From positions 1 to 30,775 of the forward strand of contig JAGBSU010000190.1 of the NCBI GenBank assembly GCA_017631705.1: 30,775 bases of DNA. Reading direction: 5' to 3'. The notes below the pieces were generated by a model. That model was not told the DNA's origin. It saw only the letters and a program-made list of their open reading frames with translations, and searched no databases. How positions within the stretch are numbered: the first letter of the stretch is position 1; each line of letters begins with the position of its first letter. This document shows positions 17,629 to 30,615 of this stretch, in pieces. A program made the translations under genes and the position numbers. The stretch is from Clostridia bacterium (lineage in GTDB: Bacteria; Bacillota; Clostridia; Oscillospirales; Acutalibacteraceae).

Positions 17629-18852
17629 TTAGTCTCGCAAGCCTTTATTCCCGAAATATCGTGCGTATTTCTTAAAATATCCGGCTTGGTTTTTTTGGAA
17701 ATATACCCACCGACGGAAATTGCGGTCTTTTTTGTAATACAGCGACCGACAAAGTTTCCGTTTGCGCAACAACTGCCGCGCTTTTTTCTTTAACTCCTCG
17801 TCTTCGACGTATTCAAAAATCAGTTGTTTCGGAATCAACGTCCACAAGGTTTCGCCGTTGGCAATGGTACATTCGGCAGGTTTATCCAGCAGCACATCTT
17901 CTACCAAATACTGTGCCAGATTATATCCTTCGGCGGTAACAAAAAAACTGCTTCGCCCTTGCCGCGGATTCATTTCAAAAATCTTATATTGTCCGTCACG
18001 GCTATCAAACTTGAAATCAAAGTTGGAAAATCCAATGTATCCGATATCCTCCAAAAACGCTTTCATTTGCCGTGCCAACTGACGGTCCTCCACCGGGATA
18101 ATCGCCGCATAACTGCCGATTCCCTCGGGAGAATGTTCTTCCAACAATGCCTGACCCAACGCAATTAACCGCACTTTTTTGTCTTTGTCACTGTAACAGT
18201 TCATCACGCGCATGTGACTGTCGTCACCGGGAATATATTCCTGCACAATCAAGTGGTCTTGATACGAAGAACCGTAAATTGCCGCGGTAATCGCATCAAA
18301 TTCGCTTTTATCTTCGGCGATAAACACCTTTTTCTTGTGCGGGAAACGGCAGTTCCAATAAGCCACGCTGTTAGACGGTTTGATAACCACCGGAAACGCA
18401 AACGGGATTTCTGCCGTTTGATAACTGTTCACCGTCACGGTCATGGTTTTCGGATAGGCAAACCCGTATTTTTCGCAAAGTCCGTAAAAGGATTCTTTCG
18501 TTTCCAGTTGCATGAGCAACTGCTCGTCAATACACGCAAAACGATACCGGTCACGCAATGCATCTTGGTTGCGTACCAACAATTTCATATAATTGTCGCC
18601 ACACGGCACCAATAACAGCGGCGTATCGGAAGGATACCGTTCGGCAAAACGAAGCAACGTTTCGCAAAAAACATCGTCTTCTTCCAAGCGCGATTCCACC
18701 ACGTCTACCGACACGATACGGCTGTTGGATGTTGCCCCAAGCCTTCCTTTGCCGATAGCCACCGACGTGATCCCGTAAGCTTCGTGAAACGAACGCGCCA
18801 TACCGTACACGTTCACGTCACTACCCAGTAACACCGGAACAAACGGTTGCAT
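17629..18852 (-). CDS. ATP-grasp carboxylate-amine ligase, D-aspartate ligase-like
   Basis: VLLGSDVNVYGMARSFHEAYG N-terminus typical of Asl-like ligases; ATP-grasp motifs FPVVIKPSNS, IVQEYIPGDD, FDFKFDSRDG and FEMNPRQGRSS. Confidence 0.75.
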   Translation of the reverse strand: MQPFVPVLLGSDVNVYGMARSFHEAYGITSVAIGKGRLGATSNSRIVSVDVVESRLEEDDVFCETLLRFAERYPSDTPLLLVPCGDNYMKLLVRNQDALRDRYRFACIDEQLLMQLETKESFYGLCEKYGFAYPKTMTVTVNSYQTAEIPFAFPVVIKPSNSVAYWNCRFPHKKKVFIAEDKSEFDAITAAIYGSSYQDHLIVQEYIPGDDSHMRVMNCYSDKDKKVRLIALGQALLEEHSPEGIGSYAAIIPVEDRQLARQMKAFLEDIGYIGFSNFDFKFDSRDGQYKIFEMNPRQGRSSFFVTAEGYNLAQYLVEDVLLDKPAECTIANGETLWTLIPKQLIFEYVEDEELKKKARQLLRKRKLCRSLYYKKDRNFRRWVYFQKNQAGYFKKYARYFGNKGLRD

Positions 18853-18875
18853 ACAAACACCTTCTTATCGCAAAA

Positions 18876-22179
<3,304 letters not shown>

Positions 22180-22183
22180 GTCT

Positions 22184-23359
22184 TCACCTCACCTCACACA
22201 CAAACGACCGTCCGTCTGACCGCATCAACTGTCCGTCCTCATCAAACGATAGGTTCTCGATATCCGAGTGCGTATATTTGCGAATATCACGCAACCGAAA
22301 CTCGTCCCCTGCTGTGGCAAACGTAATCGCCATGCCGTGTCGCTTGGCACGTCCCGTCCGCCCGATACGGTGAAGATAATATTCGTTTTCTTCGGGAATA
22401 TCGTAGTTGAAAACAGCCTCAACGTCGTCCACGTCAATACCACGTGCCGCCACGTCGGTGGCTACCAGCACTTCGAATTTTCCTTTACGGAAACCTTCCA
22501 TCACACGGTTGCGTTGCCCTTGCGGAATATCCCCATGCAAGCAATCTACGGACATTTCGCGCTTTTGCAACTGTTTGGTGAGCCATTGTACCGTGCTTTT
22601 TCGGTTACAGAAAATCATCATACGTTGCAAGTCCAACAACTGTTTAAGCGAACAAATCAATGCCGGTCGGTCGGCATCCTCTGCCGGTACAACATATTGT
22701 GCAATGTCCGGACGGGCACTCCCTTCGGCTTCTACCGTAATCTCCACCGCATCGCGTTGGTATTCCCAAGCGACGTTCATCACTTCGCGTGACATCGTCG
22801 CACTAAACAGCGCCACCTGCGTATCGCCTGGTGTGGCGTTTAAAATTTTTCTCACGTCACGGACAAAGCCCATTTTGAGCCTCTCATCCGCTTCATCCAA
22901 CACAGCGGTATATACATTACCAAGCCATACGGTACCGCGGTTCATGTGGTCAATCAACCGCCCGGGAGTGGCAACCACCACCGTCGGTTTCTTTTTCAAG
23001 GCTGCCAGTTGCCGCCCGATGGGTTGTCCGCCGTACAGCGCAACAATGCGAACTTCCGGCATAAATGCCGCTAATTGTTGCAAATCATCGGTAATCTGTA
23101 TGCACGACTCCCGTGTCGGGCACACTACGATTGCCTGAATATCCTCACAATCCGGACGGTAGCATTCCAACAGCGGAATACCAAAAGAACAAGTTTTTCC
23201 CGTGCCGGTAGGCGCTTTGGCGGTTACATCTCGCCCCTCTAACAGCGGTAAAATCGCACGTTCTTGAATCGGGGTCGGTTCAGAAAAACCCATGGCAGAA
23301 AGTGCCCGCATCAATTCCGGACGTAATTCCAATGCTTCAAATCCGTTTTTTTCTGTCAT
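22184..23359 (-). CDS. DEAD-box RNA helicase
   Basis: Q motif [45 protein letters not shown]; ATG 23359 with RBS GAGGGG. Confidence 0.95.
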   Translation of the reverse strand: MTEKNGFEALELRPELMRALSAMGFSEPTPIQERAILPLLEGRDVTAKAPTGTGKTCSFGIPLLECYRPDCEDIQAIVVCPTRESCIQITDDLQQLAAFMPEVRIVALYGGQPIGRQLAALKKKPTVVVATPGRLIDHMNRGTVWLGNVYTAVLDEADERLKMGFVRDVRKILNATPGDTQVALFSATMSREVMNVAWEYQRDAVEITVEAEGSARPDIAQYVVPAEDADRPALICSLKQLLDLQRMMIFCNRKSTVQWLTKQLQKREMSVDCLHGDIPQGQRNRVMEGFRKGKFEVLVATDVAARGIDVDDVEAVFNYDIPEENEYYLHRIGRTGRAKRHGMAITFATAGDEFRLRDIRKYTHSDIENLSFDEDGQLMRSDGRSFVCEVR

Positions 23360-23402
23360 TCCTACCCCTCTTTCTGTGCGTATTTTGTTGTATATTCGTT
23401 TT

Positions 23403-23431
23403 AGTATACCATAAAAACACCGTTTGGGCAA
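23403..23431 (-). promoter_or_regulatory. Sigma-A promoter for the helicase-lepA-guaB run
   Basis: TTGCCC-N17-TATACT with an extended TG before the -10. Confidence 0.65.
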
Positions 23432-23452
23432 GACCTAAACGCAGATTTTCTT

Positions 23453-23788
23453 TTAACCTGTATATGCCTCTATTAACTCCGCAAAAGCCTCTTCGCTTTC
23501 CCAAGTGATGCCGTTTTTCAATCGATTTTGCTCTTCTTTCGGCAACGAGGAAACTCTCACCTCGTACACCTCTTCCGGAACGGTGTTTTCACCGTCAAAC
23601 CGCGCCAAATTCCCTTCCCATATTCCTAAATACGGAAGCGGGCTTTTTTCGCTCTGCGCTTTTTGTTCAGGATTGTTTTTCATCGGAATCAAAGTGCTTG
23701 TCCATGCCGCAATCCCAACAAGCAACAAACACGCCACCCAAACCGGTGTCCATTGTTTTCGTTTTTGGCTTTTTGTTTCTTGTTGCAA
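23453..23788 (-). CDS. BofC C-terminal-domain-like small membrane-anchored protein
   Basis: One TM helix followed by YLGIWEGNLARF...VSSLPKEEQNRLKNGITWESEEAFAELIEAY, which resembles BofC_C proteins; TTG start with RBS AGGAGG. Confidence 0.6.
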   Translation of the reverse strand: MQQETKSQKRKQWTPVWVACLLLVGIAAWTSTLIPMKNNPEQKAQSEKSPLPYLGIWEGNLARFDGENTVPEEVYEVRVSSLPKEEQNRLKNGITWESEEAFAELIEAYTG

Positions 23789-23810
23789 GAAATTCCCCTC
23801 CTTTTTAGGT

Positions 23811-23840
23811 TAGTGTAAACCACCTTGCCTGAAAATATGT
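23811..23840 (-). promoter_or_regulatory. Possible sigma-F/G (forespore) promoter of the bofC-like gene
   Basis: ACATA-N15-GTTTACACTA, similar to GYWTA-N15-GgnnAnAnTA. Confidence 0.35.
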
Positions 23841-23860
23841 AATATTTACAATTTCGATGT

Positions 23861-23888
23861 TTGACTTTTTGACAGAAGTGTTTATAAT
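23861..23888 (+). promoter_or_regulatory. Possible sigma-A promoter of the PBP1A gene
   Basis: TTGACT-N16-TATAAT. Confidence 0.55.
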
Positions 23889-23949
23889 ATAGGTATGGTA
23901 TTATTGGGGTTTGCTTGCCCGATGGATTCGCATGAAAAGGAGAAACGGC

Positions 23950-26133
23950 ATGACATTTCAAAAACCGGATTGGCTGGACCGCTTTTTAACACAAAATAAA
24001 AAACTTCTTTCGCTTTTGGGAAAGATTTTTATGACTTTACTGCTGGTGTTAGTTATCACCGGCACGATGGTGCTGTGTGCATTGACCGTGTACGTCGCAA
24101 CCAACTTTGATGGACAAACCAATTTGCCCGATGTGGATTCCATTAACAAAAATCAAACAAGTATTGTTATGACCTTAAATGAAAGCACCGGTCAGTATGA
24201 AGAGTTTGAACGCTTAAGCGGCATCAAGCGCGTCTTTGTTTCGCTCAACGACATACCGGTCAACATGCAAAACGCTGTCATTTCTATTGAAGACGAGCGT
24301 TTTAACGAACATTTCGGCGTGGATTGGAAGCGTACGGTTTCGGCTTTTGCCAACCTTATTTTGAAGTTCAATGATACCGAATACGGTGGCTCAACCCTCA
24401 CACAACAGCTCATTAAGGTGATGACCGGAAACGACGACCACTCCATTCAACGAAAAGTGATTGAAATTTTAACGGCGATTGAAATGGAAAAATACTATTC
24501 TAAAGAAGAAATATTGCAAGCGTATCTCAACTTAATGCCGCTTAGCAGTAATGTCACTGGTGTCGGCGCCGGTGCCAACTACTTTTTCGGTGTCGAAGCA
24601 AAAGACCTCACCTTGGCACAATGTGCCGCATTGGCAAGCATCACGAACAACCCCGTAAAATACGACCCATATCGTCGACCGGAAAACCTCCGTCGTCGTC
24701 AACGGTTGGTATTGCGTAAAATGTATGAACTCGGCTCTATTACCGCCGACGAATACCAACAAGCACTCGGTGAAGAATTGCACTTTAAGAGCAGTGCCAA
24801 ATCGTCAGCCGTATCCGATTGGTATACCGATATGTTAATCGACGATGTCGCCGCGGAGCTGGTGGACACCTACGGTTACACCGATGCCCAAGCCAAGAAC
24901 ATGATTTTCTACGGTGGGTTAACCATTTATTCGTGTGAAAATCCGGCTTTGCAAGCAAAGGTTGAAGCCATTTATGCCGATGACGCTAACTTCCCCGAAC
25001 AATCTATCACCGACGAAGCAGTACCGCAAGCGGCTATCTATGTCATGGATTATACCGGAAAAACTGTTGCCGTTGTCGGCGGAAGAGGCGAAAAAACTGC
25101 CAACCGCATTTTCAATCGCGCCACCGATTCGTTGCGTCAACCGGGTTCTTCTATCAAACCGCTATCTGTTTATTCTCCCGCGGTTCAATTGAATTTAATT
25201 CATTTTTCCTCTCAAGTCAAGGATTGCTATATTGTCTTAAAAGACGGAACAAAATGGCCTAAAAACGTCAACCAATCCTCTCCTCGTGACAACGGCATTA
25301 CCTTAGTGGATTATGCGGTGCAGGCGTCCATGAACACCGTGCCGGCACAGCTCATGCAAACCATCACCCCCAAGCGCTCCTTTGACTTTGTAACCACTTC
25401 TCTTAACATTTCTTCGTTAGTTACTTCCAATGAAAAAAATCAAACCGATATTGATTTTGCCCCTATGACCTTGGGCGGCTTAACCGCCGGTGTCTACCCG
25501 CGTGAAATGGCGGCGGCTTATCAAATATTCGGTAACGGCGGTTATTATAACGAGCCCTATTCCTTTACAAAAGTAGAACAAAACGGCGAAGTCATTTTGC
25601 AAAAAAGCTCTACCGCCGTACAAGTATTAGACGAAAACTCCGCTTATGTCATGAATCGGCTGTTACAACATGTCGTCACCGGTGATCGCGGTGCCACGGC
25701 ACGCGCTTTACGCAATTCATGGAAAGGCTGGGAAGTGTTTGCCAAAACCGGTACCACACAGCAAAATAACGACGTGTGGTTGGTCGGCGGCACTCCGAAA
25801 TATGTAGCGGCGAGCTGGTTCGGATATGATAAAAACCAAAAAATCAGCAACCAAAACAAGCCCACGGCACGTAACCTGTGGAACAAAACGATGTTGGCTC
25901 TTCACGAAGGGATGGAACCAATGTCTTTTGAAAACAAAGGCACCACCGTGGAAGCCGCTTTTTGTGCCGAAACCGGCCAATTAGCAACCCCCAAATGTCC
26001 CAAAACCGGCACCGGCGTTTATAAGCCGGATTTCATGCCGGAGCCGTGTACCAAGCACGGCGACCCTGTCAGCACCACCACCGATTCAACCGGCACCTCT
26101 ACTATATTCTCTGCTGAAACGACACTTTCGTAA
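23950..26133 (+). CDS. Class A penicillin-binding protein (transglycosylase/transpeptidase)
   Basis: TG motifs EDERFNEHFGVD and GGSTLTQQL; TP motifs SSIK, SMN and KTG. Confidence 0.95.
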   Translation: MTFQKPDWLDRFLTQNKKLLSLLGKIFMTLLLVLVITGTMVLCALTVYVATNFDGQTNLPDVDSINKNQTSIVMTLNESTGQYEEFERLSGIKRVFVSLNDIPVNMQNAVISIEDERFNEHFGVDWKRTVSAFANLILKFNDTEYGGSTLTQQLIKVMTGNDDHSIQRKVIEILTAIEMEKYYSKEEILQAYLNLMPLSSNVTGVGAGANYFFGVEAKDLTLAQCAALASITNNPVKYDPYRRPENLRRRQRLVLRKMYELGSITADEYQQALGEELHFKSSAKSSAVSDWYTDMLIDDVAAELVDTYGYTDAQAKNMIFYGGLTIYSCENPALQAKVEAIYADDANFPEQSITDEAVPQAAIYVMDYTGKTVAVVGGRGEKTANRIFNRATDSLRQPGSSIKPLSVYSPAVQLNLIHFSSQVKDCYIVLKDGTKWPKNVNQSSPRDNGITLVDYAVQASMNTVPAQLMQTITPKRSFDFVTTSLNISSLVTSNEKNQTDIDFAPMTLGGLTAGVYPREMAAAYQIFGNGGYYNEPYSFTKVEQNGEVILQKSSTAVQVLDENSAYVMNRLLQHVVTGDRGATARALRNSWKGWEVFAKTGTTQQNNDVWLVGGTPKYVAASWFGYDKNQKISNQNKPTARNLWNKTMLALHEGMEPMSFENKGTTVEAAFCAETGQLATPKCPKTGTGVYKPDFMPEPCTKHGDPVSTTTDSTGTSTIFSAETTLS

Positions 26134-26160
26134 AAATTTTCATTTTTGTGTAAATTTCCC

Positions 26161-26189
26161 TTGCTTTTTACAAAAAAACATGATATGAT
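26161..26189 (+). promoter_or_regulatory. Sigma-A promoter of the ACT-hom-ask operon
   Basis: TTGCTT-N17-TATGAT with an extended TG. Confidence 0.65.
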
Positions 26190-26231
26190 TGTTCTCGTTT
26201 ACAAGACAATTGTTTTTTGGGGGTGGACACT

Positions 26232-26699
26232 TTGCAAAAACCTCTTTCTTCGGAAGATTGGATTTTGGTGCGCGCTGATGCCCTGCCGGAGGTATACCGC
26301 AAAGTGCTTGCCGCACAAACCGCATTGTCAACGGGAGCGTGTTCTTCCGTCAGCGAAGCCGTTCGAGTACACGGTTTGTCCCGCAGCGCCTTTTATAAAT
26401 ACAAGGATGCGGTGGCAGTGTATTTCGGAAAAACGGCTTCTTCTTTTGTTACGATTGAACTGATTTTGCAGGATTGCCCCGGTGTGCTTTCCGGTGTGTT
26501 GGCGGCTTTCGCCAAAGTCGGTGCAAACATTATCACGGTCAATCAAAATTCGCCGGTTAACGGCAGCGCGCTTATTTCCATTTGTGCACAAACCAATAAC
26601 ATGTCGGTTTCTTTGGATGTGTTTGCTGATAAACTGGGGCGCGTCCCCGGTGTTCAGCGCATTGCGGCCATGCGTCGAGACGCTTCTGTGTCAGATTAA
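26232..26699 (+). CDS. thrR: ThrR/UPF0735 (PheB-like) ACT-domain regulator
   Basis: LVRADALPEVYRKV...SVSEAV...LSRSAFYKYKDAV N-terminus plus ACT domain (DCPGVLSGVL...ANIITVNQ); precedes hom; TTG start. Confidence 0.75.
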   Translation: MQKPLSSEDWILVRADALPEVYRKVLAAQTALSTGACSSVSEAVRVHGLSRSAFYKYKDAVAVYFGKTASSFVTIELILQDCPGVLSGVLAAFAKVGANIITVNQNSPVNGSALISICAQTNNMSVSLDVFADKLGRVPGVQRIAAMRRDASVSD

Positions 26700-26765
26700 A
26701 AGGCGCAAACCGCAAATAAGACAAAATCGGGTAACGAACGTTATCCCGGGAAAGTGGGAAAAACT

Positions 26766-27992
26766 ATGATTTCAATTGCTGTGTTAGGGCATGGTGTGGT
26801 CGGCTCCGGCGTTGCCGAGGTATTGACAATCAACCAAGGCTCCATCACCGAAAAAGTCGGTCAACCCGTCGTCGTAAAACGGATTTTAGATTTACGCAGT
26901 TTTCCTCAGCTGCCGTATGCCGATAAATTCACCACCAACTTTGACGACATCGTAAACGATACAGAGATTTCCATCGTGGTGGAAACGATGGGCGGTTTAC
27001 ACCCGGCGTACGATTACGCCAAAGCCGCTTTGTCCGCCGGAAAAAGCGTGGTCACCTCCAACAAAGAACTTGTTGCCGCCAAAGGCGACGAATTGTTGGC
27101 GTTAGCACAGGCAAACAATGTAAGCTTTTTGTTTGAAGCCAGCGTCGGCGGTGGTATTCCGATTATCCGCCCGCTTTGGCAATGCTTAGCCGCTAACGAG
27201 GTTGAAGGTATCGCTGGTATTCTCAATGGCACTACCAACTTCATGCTTACTCACATGGTGCAAGACGGTATGAGTTTTGAGGATGCCCTCGCTTTGGCAC
27301 AACAACTCGGTTATGCCGAACGCAACCCTGCCGCCGATGTTGAAGGCATGGATGCGTGCCGCAAAATTTGCATTTTAGCGTCACTCGCTTTTGGAAAGCA
27401 CGTTTATCCTGACCAAGTACATACCGAAGGTATTACGCACTTAACTGCTGCTGACGTTCGTTGTGCTGAGCAGTTAGGTTGCGTGATTAAACTCATTGGT
27501 AAAGCGCGTCGCACCGAAGACGGTGTCTACTGTTTGGTCGCCCCCATGCTGGTGCCCAAAGATTCCATACTTTCCGGTGTGAACGATGTGTTCAACGCGA
27601 TATTGGTACAAGGCAATGCCGTGGGCGATGTTGTCTTCTACGGCAAAGGCGCCGGCAAACTTCCCACGGCTTCTGCGGTAGTGGCGGATGTTATTGATGC
27701 CGCCAAACACCAAGGCGCTCCTCATTGTTTGTCGTGGGAGCCCGCCGCACCGAATCATGTGTTAAACTCGACCGACGAAGCGTTTTCCTTTCTCATTCGG
27801 TTCGAAACCACCGAAAGAGAAGCGCTCTCTGCTCGCTTGGTTGAATCGTTCGGCGACATCACTGTGGTCAACTGTTTGGAAAACGAACTGGTTGTTGTCA
27901 CCTCGCCGCTGTCCGAAAAAGAATTATCCCGTCGTTTATCCGCATTACCGGAAGCTGCGCCGATTTCTTGTTTGCGCATCGCATCTCTGTAA
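26766..27992 (+). CDS. hom: Homoserine dehydrogenase
   Basis: IAVLGHGVVGSG, VVTSNKE, FEASVGGGIPII, GILNGTTNF, GAGKLPTASAV. Confidence 0.97.
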   Translation: MISIAVLGHGVVGSGVAEVLTINQGSITEKVGQPVVVKRILDLRSFPQLPYADKFTTNFDDIVNDTEISIVVETMGGLHPAYDYAKAALSAGKSVVTSNKELVAAKGDELLALAQANNVSFLFEASVGGGIPIIRPLWQCLAANEVEGIAGILNGTTNFMLTHMVQDGMSFEDALALAQQLGYAERNPAADVEGMDACRKICILASLAFGKHVYPDQVHTEGITHLTAADVRCAEQLGCVIKLIGKARRTEDGVYCLVAPMLVPKDSILSGVNDVFNAILVQGNAVGDVVFYGKGAGKLPTASAVVADVIDAAKHQGAPHCLSWEPAAPNHVLNSTDEAFSFLIRFETTEREALSARLVESFGDITVVNCLENELVVVTSPLSEKELSRRLSALPEAAPISCLRIASL

Positions 27993-28019
27993 TGTTGTAC
28001 TATTAAGGAGGCTCTTTCC

Positions 28020-29225
28020 ATGTTAATTGTTCAAAAGTTCGGCGGCAGTTCCGTCGCCGATGCCGAGCGCGTATTCCGTGTCGCCAACCGTATTGTTGAC
28101 ACCTATCGCCAAGGCAACGAAGTTGTGGTCGTCGTTTCCGCACAAGGTGACACCACCGACGACTTAATCGACAAAGCCAACGAAATCAACCCCAACGCCA
28201 GCAAACGTGAAATGGATATGCTGCTTTCGGCAGGCGAACAAATTTCGATAGCGTTGCTGGCCATGGCAATCGAAAAACTCGGTTGCCCCGTGGTTTCTCT
28301 GCTTGGTTGGCAAGCCGGTTTCTTAACCAACTCTACCTATTCTGCCGCACGTATCAAAACGGTCAACAGCGAACGCATCCGTGCTGAATTGGACCGCAAA
28401 AAAATTGTCATTGTCGCGGGCTTCCAGGGCATTAACAAATACGACGATATCACCACCCTCGGCCGTGGCGGCTCCGATACCAGTGCCGTGGCAATTGCCG
28501 CGTCCATGCGTGCCGACTTGTGCCAAATTTACACCGACGTCGAAGGTGTTTACACCGCCGATCCGCGCAAAATTCCTTCCGCTAAAAAATTGGAAGAAAT
28601 CACTTACGATGAAATGTTAGAATTGGCCACCTTAGGTGCCCAAGTATTGAATAACCGTTCCGTTGAAATGGCAAAAAAATACAGCATTGAATTGGAAGTG
28701 CTGTCCAGCATTGTCCACGCCCCCGGAACAAAAGTAAAGGAGACCGTTAAAATGGAAAAAATGTTAGTCAAAGGCGTTGCAAAAGATTTGGATATTGCCC
28801 GTGTGATGATTGTCGGATTGCCGGATGAGCCGGGGGTCGCTTTCAAAGTGTTCTCTCGCGTGGCAAAAGCTCACGTTAACGTGGATTTGATTATTCAATC
28901 CGTCGGTCGAGACGGCACCAAGGACATCACCTTTACCGTCAAAAAATCCGATGCACAAAAAACCGTCGATGCGTTGCAAGAATATTGCGACCACCTCGGT
29001 GCTAAAAAACTGTACTTCGAAACGGATGTTGCCAAAATTTCGGTTGTCGGCGCCGGTTTGGAAACACACGAGGGCTTTGCTGCTCGTATGTTTGAAGCGT
29101 TGTCCGATAAAAACATCAATATCCAAACCATTTCCACCAGCGAAATCAAAGTATCGGTTCTCATCGATGATGCCGATGCCGATGTTGCTACCGCCGCTGT
29201 GCACGATGCCTTTTTCGGCGAATAA
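28020..29225 (+). CDS. lysC: Aspartate kinase (two ACT domains)
   Basis: VQKFGGSS, TLGRGGSDTSA, IYTDVEGVYTADPR; internal KME (beta-subunit start region). Confidence 0.96.
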   Translation: MLIVQKFGGSSVADAERVFRVANRIVDTYRQGNEVVVVVSAQGDTTDDLIDKANEINPNASKREMDMLLSAGEQISIALLAMAIEKLGCPVVSLLGWQAGFLTNSTYSAARIKTVNSERIRAELDRKKIVIVAGFQGINKYDDITTLGRGGSDTSAVAIAASMRADLCQIYTDVEGVYTADPRKIPSAKKLEEITYDEMLELATLGAQVLNNRSVEMAKKYSIELEVLSSIVHAPGTKVKETVKMEKMLVKGVAKDLDIARVMIVGLPDEPGVAFKVFSRVAKAHVNVDLIIQSVGRDGTKDITFTVKKSDAQKTVDALQEYCDHLGAKKLYFETDVAKISVVGAGLETHEGFAARMFEALSDKNINIQTISTSEIKVSVLIDDADADVATAAVHDAFFGE

Positions 29226-29237
29226 TTTGTCCTATTA

Positions 29238-29262
29238 AAAAAGCCGCAATGTGCGGCTTTTT
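29238..29262 (+). terminator. Intrinsic terminator after aspartate kinase
   Basis: AAAAAGCCGCA-ATG-TGCGGCTTTTT, then CTTTT. Confidence 0.8.
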
Positions 29263-29294
29263 CTTTTCTCACACTCAGCAAGGAGGTGACCGTC

Positions 29295-30407
29295 TTGTCA
29301 CTTGGCATTTATTTGCATACCCCTTTTTGTGTTTCCAAATGCCCCTACTGTGATTTTTATTCCACCACCACTTTTAGCGAAGACGATTTGGACCGCTATA
29401 CACAAGCTCTGATTTGTGAAATCCGGCGTTGGGGCAATACGTTGCAACAATCTGCTGACACCTTGTATTTTGGCGGCGGTACACCGTCGTTACTCGGCGG
29501 CAATCGTCTCGCTTTATTAATCGAAACGGTTCGTCAATCGTTTTCGTTATCTTCGTCTGCCGAAATCACGTTAGAAGCTAACCCGGCAGACAAACTTGCC
29601 GATGTGTTTTCTGCCTTTGCCGCAGCTGGCGGCAACCGCCTTTCTCTCGGCATGCAAACGGCAGACGACACATTGCTTAAACTCTTGGGCCGTCGCCACA
29701 CCGTAGCGCAAACCGAACGCACCGTTGCCGCCGCTCACAAAGCAGGAATCCATAATCTGTCACTCGACCTCATGTTAGGCATTGCCGGGCAAACCCCCAC
29801 ACATGTTAAACATGCGGTTGAGCGCTGTGCGAATTTGGACGCCACGCACGTTTCGGCCTATTTGCTAAAATTGGAAGACGGCACGCCGTATGCACTCTCC
29901 CCTCCCACCGACCTACCCAACGAAGACGAAACCGTATTTCTCTACCACTCCGCCGCCCAAAGCTTGGAATCCTACGGCTTTTTTCAGTATGAAATTTCCA
30001 ATTTTGCCAAAATAGGGTTTGAAAGCCGCCATAACCTCAAATACTGGAACTCCGAGCCGTATGTCGGCATCGGTCCGGCGGCACATTCGTTTTTAGACGG
30101 CAAGCGTTTTTACTATCCTCGTTCATTATCCGCGTTTTTTCGCGGCGAATCTCCGATTGAAGAAAACCCCACCGATACCGCCATTCCCGAAAACTCACCT
30201 GAGGAATTTGCAATGTTGCGGTTGCGTTTAACGAATGGCCTGACTGAACAAGATTTTCGGGTACGTTTTGGCTCTGTCATTCCCACGGTTTGGCGCGAAC
30301 GCGCCGCTGCTTTGCCATCTTCGTTGATTATTGCGGATTCCACCGGCATTCGCCTAACACGGGATGGGTTTTTGGTATCCGATGCAATTTTATCCCGTCT
30401 CTTATAA
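29295..30407 (+). CDS. hemW: Radical SAM heme chaperone HemW
   Basis: YLHTPFCVSKCPYCDF (CxxxCxxC), YFGGGTPS, YEISNFA and HNLKYW (the HNxxYW HemW hallmark); likely TTG start after AGGAGGT. Confidence 0.92.
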   Translation: MSLGIYLHTPFCVSKCPYCDFYSTTTFSEDDLDRYTQALICEIRRWGNTLQQSADTLYFGGGTPSLLGGNRLALLIETVRQSFSLSSSAEITLEANPADKLADVFSAFAAAGGNRLSLGMQTADDTLLKLLGRRHTVAQTERTVAAAHKAGIHNLSLDLMLGIAGQTPTHVKHAVERCANLDATHVSAYLLKLEDGTPYALSPPTDLPNEDETVFLYHSAAQSLESYGFFQYEISNFAKIGFESRHNLKYWNSEPYVGIGPAAHSFLDGKRFYYPRSLSAFFRGESPIEENPTDTAIPENSPEEFAMLRLRLTNGLTEQDFRVRFGSVIPTVWRERAAALPSSLIIADSTGIRLTRDGFLVSDAILSRLL

Positions 30408-30414
30408 ATTTTAA

Positions 30415-30443
30415 AGGCACCGCTGTGTTAAATAGCGGTGCCT
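30415..30443 (+). terminator. Intrinsic terminator after hemW
   Basis: AGGCACCGCT...AGCGGTGCCT stem followed by CGTTTTTT. Confidence 0.75.
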
Positions 30444-30449
30444 CGTTTT

Positions 30450-30615
30450 TTATCGGTTGTTGTCGTTAAAGTGTTTTTCTACAAAATTGATAATCGGTCG
30501 TAGGCCGGCCAATCCGTGCGGATGATGCCCTACCGTCGTTTTGCAAATGGCTTTAAATCGTTCCACCGTTTTGTGTGTAATAATCCTGTAAGATTTTATC
30601 GTTCTCCGAATACAT
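30450..30615 (-). pseudogene. Frameshifted C-terminal remnant of an alpha/beta hydrolase-like gene
   Basis: One frame gives YSENDKILQDYYTQNGGTI*. Removing one base at 30555-30557 continues it as KAICKTTVGHHPHGLAGLRPIINFVEKHF, which resembles the EN..IL..YY...GG.I...K...GHHPHGL...PI..F C-terminus of small Firmicute hydrolases. No upstream coding part is present. Confidence 0.6.
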
